Assembly (NCBI GenBank): GCA_945861645.1
Contig: CAMAVZ010000050.1
Coordinates: 1 to 12,592 of the forward strand
Length of the DNA stretch: 12,592 nt
Source: Opitutus sp. GAS368
GTDB taxonomy: Bacteria > Verrucomicrobiota > Verrucomicrobiia > Opitutales > Opitutaceae
Direction of reading: 5' to 3'
Made by a program: the position numbers and the translations under genes
The notes under the pieces: model-generated
Told to the model about the DNA's origin: nothing
The model's input: the letters and a program-made list of their open reading frames with translations, nothing else
Databases searched by the model: none
Shown here: positions 7,470 to 12,592 of the stretch, piece after piece
Numbering within the stretch: the first letter of the stretch is position 1
How the letters are laid out: each line of letters opens with the position of its first letter

Positions 7470-10178
7470 ATGATGCTATCCCCCGTTACGCGTACTGTCT
7501 TGGCTGCACTGCTATGGTCCCCGTTGCTGCCGCTCAGTCGGGCGCAAACGGTGGCACCGACTCCGGTGCCGTTAACTAAATTTGTGCCCGCCGATCGCTT
7601 TACGGTGCCGGCAGGGTTTGAGCTCACGGTCTGGGCGCAGGCGCCGAAATTGCGCAACCCGACCAATATGGACGTTGATGCGCAAGGCCGCATCTGGGTG
7701 ACGGAGGCGGTTAATTATCGTGCTCATGCGGGGCGGGATAAAGCCGGTGATCGTATTGTCGTGCTCGAAGATACCGATGGCGATGGCGTCGCCGACTCCA
7801 GTCACGTTTTCGTGCAAGAGCTCGGCTTAGTGGCCCCGCTCGGCATCGCGGTGATCGATAATCAGATCATCATTTCCTGTGCGCCCGACTTGATTGTCTA
7901 CACGGATGTCGATCGGAATGCTCGGTTTGATCCCCAAGTGGACAAGCGCGAGGTGTTGCTCAGCGGCTTCAACGGCCGCAATCACGATCACGCGCTGCAC
8001 TCAGTTACTTTTGGTCCGGATGGCCACTGGTACCTCAGCCAAGGTAACACCAGTGCCCATTTCATGGATCGCTCGGGAAAAGCTTTTCGCATCGGCAGCG
8101 CCTACGATCCCAATGGCGCGTTTTCGCCCAATCTTTTTAGCTGGAAGCCCATTGAATTAGCCGGAGCGACCAGTGACGACGGCCACGTTTATGTGGGCGG
8201 CTATACCGTGCGGATGCGCCCTGATGCGACTAACGTGGAGATTCTCGGTTTCGGCTATCGCAATAGTTACGAGCAGACCGTGACGTCCTTCGGGGATATT
8301 TTTCAAAATGACAATGACGACACCCCGGCCTCGCGCACGACCCATGTATTAACGTACGGCAATGCCGGTTTCTTTTCCCGCGATGGTCGACGCAATTGGG
8401 GGGCGGATCGTCGTCCGGGGCAAAGCATCATGACGGCGCAGTGGCGGCAGGAAGATCCTGGCGTAATGCCGGCGGGCGATATTTACGGCGCAGGGGCGCC
8501 GACCGGTATCGCATTTTATGAGGGCGATGCATTTGGGCCAGCTTGGCGCGGCACGTTGCTTAGTGCGGATGCGGCGCGCAACACGATCCTTGGTTATCAC
8601 CCTCAACCCGTGGGAGCCGGCTTTAGTCTCGAGCGCTTTAATTTTGTGACCAGTAATGCGACCCAGACTTTCGCGGGTATCGATAGTCTCCGCGGCAAGA
8701 CGAGCGATGAGCTCGCGACATTCTTTCGCCCCTCCGATGTCGTGGTCGGCGCTGATGGCGCCATTTATATTGCTGATTGGTTCGATCCCCGTGTTGGCGG
8801 GCACGCAGATTTAGATGAGCAACTCGCTGGGGCTATTTATCGCGTCGCCCCGGTGGGCTTTAAGTCGGTGGTGCCAAAATTCGATCTTGCGACAACTGCT
8901 GGACAAATCACCGCGCTGCGCAGTCCCGCGGTTAATGTCCGTGCACTTGGTTATCTGCGCTTGCGGGCGCAAGGGGCGGCGGCGGTGGCCCCAGTGGCCG
9001 CGCTCCTCGCTGACGCTAATCCTTATGTGCGGGCTCGGGCTATTTGGCTGCTCGCTGAAATGGGCGCGACGGGGCTGGCGCGCGTCGAGTCACTCTTAAC
9101 CGCCAATGACCCGCAGACCCGCATCGTTGCTTGGCGGGCGCTGCGAAATCAAGGGCAGGCCGTGCTCGTGCATGCCGAGACTTTGGCGCAGGACTCTTCA
9201 TCCGCGGTGCGGCGTGAGGTGGCCTTGGCGCTGCGAGATACGCCGCTGGCTGAAGCCCGTGATATTCTGCTGACCCTGGCTCGTGGTTATGACGGGCAAG
9301 ATCGCACTTACCTCGAAGCGTGGGGTCTGGGTTGCAGTGGAAAAGAGGCGGAAATTTACGCAGCGCTGGCGGCAGGCCAGACCGAGCAAGATGCTTTGCA
9401 ATGGTCGCCAGCTTACGCCGGCCTAGTTTGGCGGCTGACGCCGGCGGCGGCAGTGGCGCCCTTGGCGGCCCGGGCTCGCGCCACGACTCTCAGCGAGAAA
9501 GACCGTCTCGCCGCAGTGACGGCCCTCGGATTTATTCCAACGCGCGAAGCGGTCTTCAGCTTACTCGATCTCGCGCAGCAAGCCACGGGCATGGTGCAAA
9601 AGCACGCGTTTTGGTGGGTGGTTAATTATAGTAAGACGCGCTGGGCTGGTTTGGGCGTCGAAGCCGAGCTGAAAGCGCGCGGCCTTTATGATCCCGCGAA
9701 GGTTGTGATCACAGAAAGTATCGTGCCCGAGCCGCCGGCGACTAAGTTGCCTTCGGTGGCCGCCATTGCCGCACTCACCGGTGATCCGGTGCGTGGGGCT
9801 GCGTTGGTGACGGCTTGTTATCTGTGTCACCGCATCGGTGACCAAGGCGTGGAATATGGTCCCACGCTGACTTCATTCGCGAAGCTTCAAACTACAGCGG
9901 TGGTCATCAATTCAATCGTGAATCCTTCCTCGGATATTTCCCATGGCTTTGCGGGAGGTGTCATCACGCTCCGGGATGGGAAAATTATTCATGGACTAGT
10001 GCTCTCGAGTGGCGATCCGCTCGTCGTGCAAAGTCTCGGCGGGGTTACCCAGTTAATTCCGGCTGATCTGGTAAAAACCAATAAGGGTCTCGGCCGTTCG
10101 CTGATGCTGGGAGCTGATCAGCTTGGGCTCGATGCGCAAGGCGTGGCCGACATTGTGGCTTATCTCAAAAAGCTATAA
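7470..10178 (+). CDS. PVC-type heme-binding CxxCH protein (TIGR02604-like dehydrogenase propeller + HEAT-like repeats + cytochrome c)
   Basis: ATG 7470 gives a signal peptide (MMLSPVTRTVLAALLWSPLLPLSRA). Propeller motifs NPTNMDVDAQGRIWVTEAVNYR, RIVVLEDTDGDGVAD and FRPSDVVVGADGAIYIADW; HEAT-like DANPYVRARAIWLL and DSSSAVRREVALAL; heme motif GDPVRG...CYLCH (9816-9830)...GPTLT; likely distal Met in RSLML. Confidence 0.92.
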   Translation: MMLSPVTRTVLAALLWSPLLPLSRAQTVAPTPVPLTKFVPADRFTVPAGFELTVWAQAPKLRNPTNMDVDAQGRIWVTEAVNYRAHAGRDKAGDRIVVLEDTDGDGVADSSHVFVQELGLVAPLGIAVIDNQIIISCAPDLIVYTDVDRNARFDPQVDKREVLLSGFNGRNHDHALHSVTFGPDGHWYLSQGNTSAHFMDRSGKAFRIGSAYDPNGAFSPNLFSWKPIELAGATSDDGHVYVGGYTVRMRPDATNVEILGFGYRNSYEQTVTSFGDIFQNDNDDTPASRTTHVLTYGNAGFFSRDGRRNWGADRRPGQSIMTAQWRQEDPGVMPAGDIYGAGAPTGIAFYEGDAFGPAWRGTLLSADAARNTILGYHPQPVGAGFSLERFNFVTSNATQTFAGIDSLRGKTSDELATFFRPSDVVVGADGAIYIADWFDPRVGGHADLDEQLAGAIYRVAPVGFKSVVPKFDLATTAGQITALRSPAVNVRALGYLRLRAQGAAAVAPVAALLADANPYVRARAIWLLAEMGATGLARVESLLTANDPQTRIVAWRALRNQGQAVLVHAETLAQDSSSAVRREVALALRDTPLAEARDILLTLARGYDGQDRTYLEAWGLGCSGKEAEIYAALAAGQTEQDALQWSPAYAGLVWRLTPAAAVAPLAARARATTLSEKDRLAAVTALGFIPTREAVFSLLDLAQQATGMVQKHAFWWVVNYSKTRWAGLGVEAELKARGLYDPAKVVITESIVPEPPATKLPSVAAIAALTGDPVRGAALVTACYLCHRIGDQGVEYGPTLTSFAKLQTTAVVINSIVNPSSDISHGFAGGVITLRDGKIIHGLVLSSGDPLVVQSLGGVTQLIPADLVKTNKGLGRSLMLGADQLGLDAQGVADIVAYLKKL

Positions 10179-10286
10179 TCGTCGGTTGGATCCTTGATCT
10201 CAATAGGGAGTCTGGGTTTCCCCCACCTCCCGCCGCCGGCTAAGTCACCGATTTCTGAGCTAACTCCTGAGCGCGGTCCTCGGCGC

Positions 10287-11693
10287 TTATTTAACCAAGC
10301 ACGCTTTGAAGCCTTCGGTCAGGGCGGCGCGATCAAGATTTTTTCCGATGAAGATGAGGGTGTTCGTGCGATTTTCGCCATCACGCCATTCTCGATCGAA
10401 TTGAGCATCGAAGAGCATGTGGACACCTTGGCAGACGAGACGCTTGTTGGTCCCTTTGACCACCAGCACGCCCTTCAGGCGGAAGATATCGCCACCTTTG
10501 GTTTCGAGTAATTTAGAGATCCAGGTGTTGAGTTTTTTCCCATCGAGTTCGCCAGCGACGCTGATGCCGACCGATGAAACATCCCCGTCGTGACTGTGTT
10601 CATGGCGAAAGCCTTGGTCCCAGACGTAGCGCATAACATTACCATCGGGGCCGTGCAAATGGGTCGGCACATCGTGACCGGTGACGAGTAAATAGTGCCC
10701 GGCGGTAGCGATTTTAACGAAAAAGTGGCCCTGTTCATCTTTAAGTTTAAGCCGATGAAGGACCTGGCCGGGCGCAATTGTTTCACCAGGTAGAATAATT
10801 TTTTCCCAATCCGAGAAAGTTAATACCGCCGCATCGCGCGTCGCGTTCAGGTCGGCGGGCGTGAGGCTTTTGAGTGGGAGCAAGACGACATCGAGCTCGT
10901 TGTGATCATGGCCGCACTCTTCACCGCAGTCGTGGTCGTGGCTGTGGTCATGATCGTGCGCCCCGTGGGGGTGGGCGTGACCAATGGCGAGTTTATAGGC
11001 GCCAGGGGTGAGTTCGTAGGCGCCGGCCCATTCAAAAGGATATTCTGTTTCGAGAAATTGTGGATCGACCTCAATGGCGCGCTCAAGATTGAAGCCACCG
11101 ATATCAATGACTTGATTCAAGGGCAGGCTGGCATTGGTCGTGCGATGAACTTTCGCGACCGCGTTGATCGATTTAATGCGCTGCTCGAGCGCGGCGAGCT
11201 CAGCCGGGGTGACGAGATCAGTCTTATTGAGCAAAATAACATCAGCAAAGCCGATTTGTTTAATGGCTTCAGGCGAATCGCTCAAGTGCAGGAGGATGTG
11301 CTTGGCGTCGACGAGCGTGACAATAGCGTCTAAGCGAAACTGCTCCTTCATTTCTGGGTCGGAGAAGAACGTTTGGGCTACCGGGGCGGGATTAGCCAGG
11401 CCGGTGGTCTCGATCAGAATGGCATCGAGCCGATCCTTGCGCTTCATCAGCCGACTGAGAATACGGAGGAGATCGCCGCGCACGGTGCAGCAAATGCAGC
11501 CGTTGTTCATTTCAAAGATTTCCTCGTCGGATTGAATGACCAGTTGGTTATCAACGCCCACTTCGCCAAACTCATTTTCAATCACGGCAATTTTTTTGCC
11601 GTGCTGCTCCGTGAGAATGCGATTGAGGAGAGTGGTTTTTCCGGCGCCGAGGAAGCCAGTGAGGACCGTGACGGGAATGCGTGAATCAGACAT
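10287..11693 (-). CDS. COG0523 (CobW/YjiA/ZigA-like) G3E metallochaperone GTPase with a large His/Cys-rich insert
   Basis: Walker [15 protein letters not shown], metal site [18 protein letters not shown], and a C-terminal CobW_C domain (DIFRLKGVL...QGVH...LIFIGKNLD). ATG 11693, 468 aa. Confidence 0.95.
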   Translation of the reverse strand: MSDSRIPVTVLTGFLGAGKTTLLNRILTEQHGKKIAVIENEFGEVGVDNQLVIQSDEEIFEMNNGCICCTVRGDLLRILSRLMKRKDRLDAILIETTGLANPAPVAQTFFSDPEMKEQFRLDAIVTLVDAKHILLHLSDSPEAIKQIGFADVILLNKTDLVTPAELAALEQRIKSINAVAKVHRTTNASLPLNQVIDIGGFNLERAIEVDPQFLETEYPFEWAGAYELTPGAYKLAIGHAHPHGAHDHDHSHDHDCGEECGHDHNELDVVLLPLKSLTPADLNATRDAAVLTFSDWEKIILPGETIAPGQVLHRLKLKDEQGHFFVKIATAGHYLLVTGHDVPTHLHGPDGNVMRYVWDQGFRHEHSHDGDVSSVGISVAGELDGKKLNTWISKLLETKGGDIFRLKGVLVVKGTNKRLVCQGVHMLFDAQFDREWRDGENRTNTLIFIGKNLDRAALTEGFKACLVK

Positions 11694-11723
11694 CAATAAA
11701 AAGGGTGAAAGGAGGCAGGCTTA

Positions 11724-11748
11724 GCAAACTCATCAACGTTCCGTTTGC
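11724..11748. promoter_or_regulatory. Inverted repeat GCAAAC-N13-GTTTGC upstream of the COG0523 gene (candidate operator)
   Basis: GCAAAC(11724-11729) and GTTTGC(11743-11748) are exact reverse complements, 31-55 nt upstream of the ATG. They overlap minus-strand TTGCAA and TTGCTA hexamers. Confidence 0.3.
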
Positions 11749-11785
11749 AATTCCCAGTTCGAGGTGCGCTGCGCGGAAGGGCGCG

Positions 11786-12592
11786 TTACCAACCGTAACT
11801 GCGCTTGATGCGCAATTCTTCGTACAGGTTTTCATCGAGTTCTTCGAGGAAGCGGGAGGGATTAAGCATCATGCCGCCGGGACCGGCGCGACTCGCCACC
11901 TTGGGGTAACTGATATAAAGTTCATTTTTCGCCCGCGTGACCGCGACGTAAAAGAGGCGGCGTTCTTCTTCCACGTCGCCACTCTCAATGGCGCGCCGGC
12001 CGGGAAATTGACCATCGGCGGCGCCAATCAGAAAAACGACATCGTATTCTAGCCCCTTGGCTTGATGGACGGTGGTCAGCTTGATGGCGTCCTCATTGGC
12101 ATCAACGTGTTTGTCACTCGTCTCGCCGTTTAGTAAAACGATTTGGGCAAGCAGATCTTGCATCTCCTCGAAACGCGCGGCGAATCCGACGAGCGCTTTT
12201 AACTCCTCGAGGCGATCCACGTAATCGGCGTAGGCGCCTTTGAGGTAATCGCCATACCAGCCTTCGATCGCGACGGTTACAGTGTCGCTCGGTTTTTCGT
12301 GGCTCATGGCATCCGCAACTTGGCGCAGCGAGGCGCAGAAATTGGACCAATCGTCTTTGGCGTCTTTGGCCACCTTGCTCTTCACGTCATCGGTATGGAG
12401 GGCGTCGATAAAGTTTTGCTGCATCAGTCGTGCGTGATCGAGAGCCGCGGCGTGGATCTTCTGCGCACCCTTTTCGCCGACTTTGGGTAATAAAATCGCA
12501 ATGCGCTGCCACGCCTGCGCGTCACTGGGGTTATAAACAAAACGCAGCAAGGCGATGAGATCGCGGACGTGCTGGCGCTCGAAGAATTTCAC
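11786..12592 (-). CDS. UvrD/PcrA/Rep-family SF1A DNA helicase, C-terminal part (5'-truncated)
   Basis: KFFERQHVRDLIALLR, motif V LTTVHQAKGLEYDVVFL, motif VI EEERRLFYVAVTRAK, and PSRFLEEL. The frame runs off the window end. Confidence 0.95.
   Translation of the reverse strand: MKFFERQHVRDLIALLRFVYNPSDAQAWQRIAILLPKVGEKGAQKIHAAALDHARLMQQNFIDALHTDDVKSKVAKDAKDDWSNFCASLRQVADAMSHEKPSDTVTVAIEGWYGDYLKGAYADYVDRLEELKALVGFAARFEEMQDLLAQIVLLNGETSDKHVDANEDAIKLTTVHQAKGLEYDVVFLIGAADGQFPGRRAIESGDVEEERRLFYVAVTRAKNELYISYPKVASRAGPGGMMLNPSRFLEELDENLYEELRIKRSYGW

Noticed and set aside
10179..10286. Possible terminator or small RNA between the convergent cytochrome and GTPase genes
   Set aside because: Only short 4-bp stems (GGGA/TCCC) and no U-tract; nothing supportable.
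10900..10980. GTG/GTC-rich quasi-repeat as a tandem repeat or CRISPR-like array
   Set aside because: Fully explained by His/Asp codons on the minus strand; no repeat-spacer structure.
10287..11693. Calling the GTPase cobW (cobalamin biosynthesis)
   Set aside because: No cob genes or B12 riboswitch are visible in the window, and metal specificity cannot be read from the sequence.
11770..11785. GCGC-GGAAGG-GCGC hairpin after the helicase stop as a terminator
   Set aside because: The stem is only 4 bp and has no U-tract.
790..12490. Many alternative-frame and antisense ORFs in the track (e.g. 790-1128, 1402-1884, 3153-3596, 8349-8804, 10902-11333, 11681-12052)
   Set aside because: They overlap well-supported genes, lack recognisable motifs, and are expected shadow ORFs in GC-rich DNA.
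11786..12592. Helicase as part of an anti-phage system (e.g. Gabija GajB)
   Set aside because: It looks like a housekeeping-type UvrD/PcrA with a full 2B region, and no partner nuclease is visible; the upstream context lies outside the window.

Overview
Gene-dense, moderately GC-rich bacterial chromosomal window with 12 supportable CDSs, two truncated by the window edges. The gene content (PVC-type heme-binding CxxCH protein, DUF481-like barrel, few Shine-Dalgarno sites) suggests Verrucomicrobiota, probably Opitutaceae; this is an inference. In order: LptF/LptG permease (partial), dgkA, an 85-aa hypothetical, a TIP30/YraR-like oxidoreductase, a TIGR02466-type Fe(II) oxygenase, a secreted hypothetical, a DUF481-like outer-membrane beta-barrel, a secreted BNR/Asp-box propeller with CSCC and CPVNGP motifs, a WD40 protein, a PVC-type dehydrogenase/cytochrome c, a COG0523 metallochaperone GTPase with a ~146-aa His/Cys-rich insert, and a UvrD/PcrA-family helicase (partial). 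I see no rRNA, tRNA, CRISPR array, transposase, integrase or defence system. The best candidate for an undescribed system is a minus-strand metal-handling trio (COG0523 GTPase, WD40, Cys-motif BNR protein) interrupted by the opposite-strand cytochrome gene. Also notable are a 52-nt hairpin between the WD40 and BNR genes and a TTG hexamer 34-36 nt upstream of six start codons, suggesting leaderless transcription. All family calls come from motif recognition by eye, not database searches.
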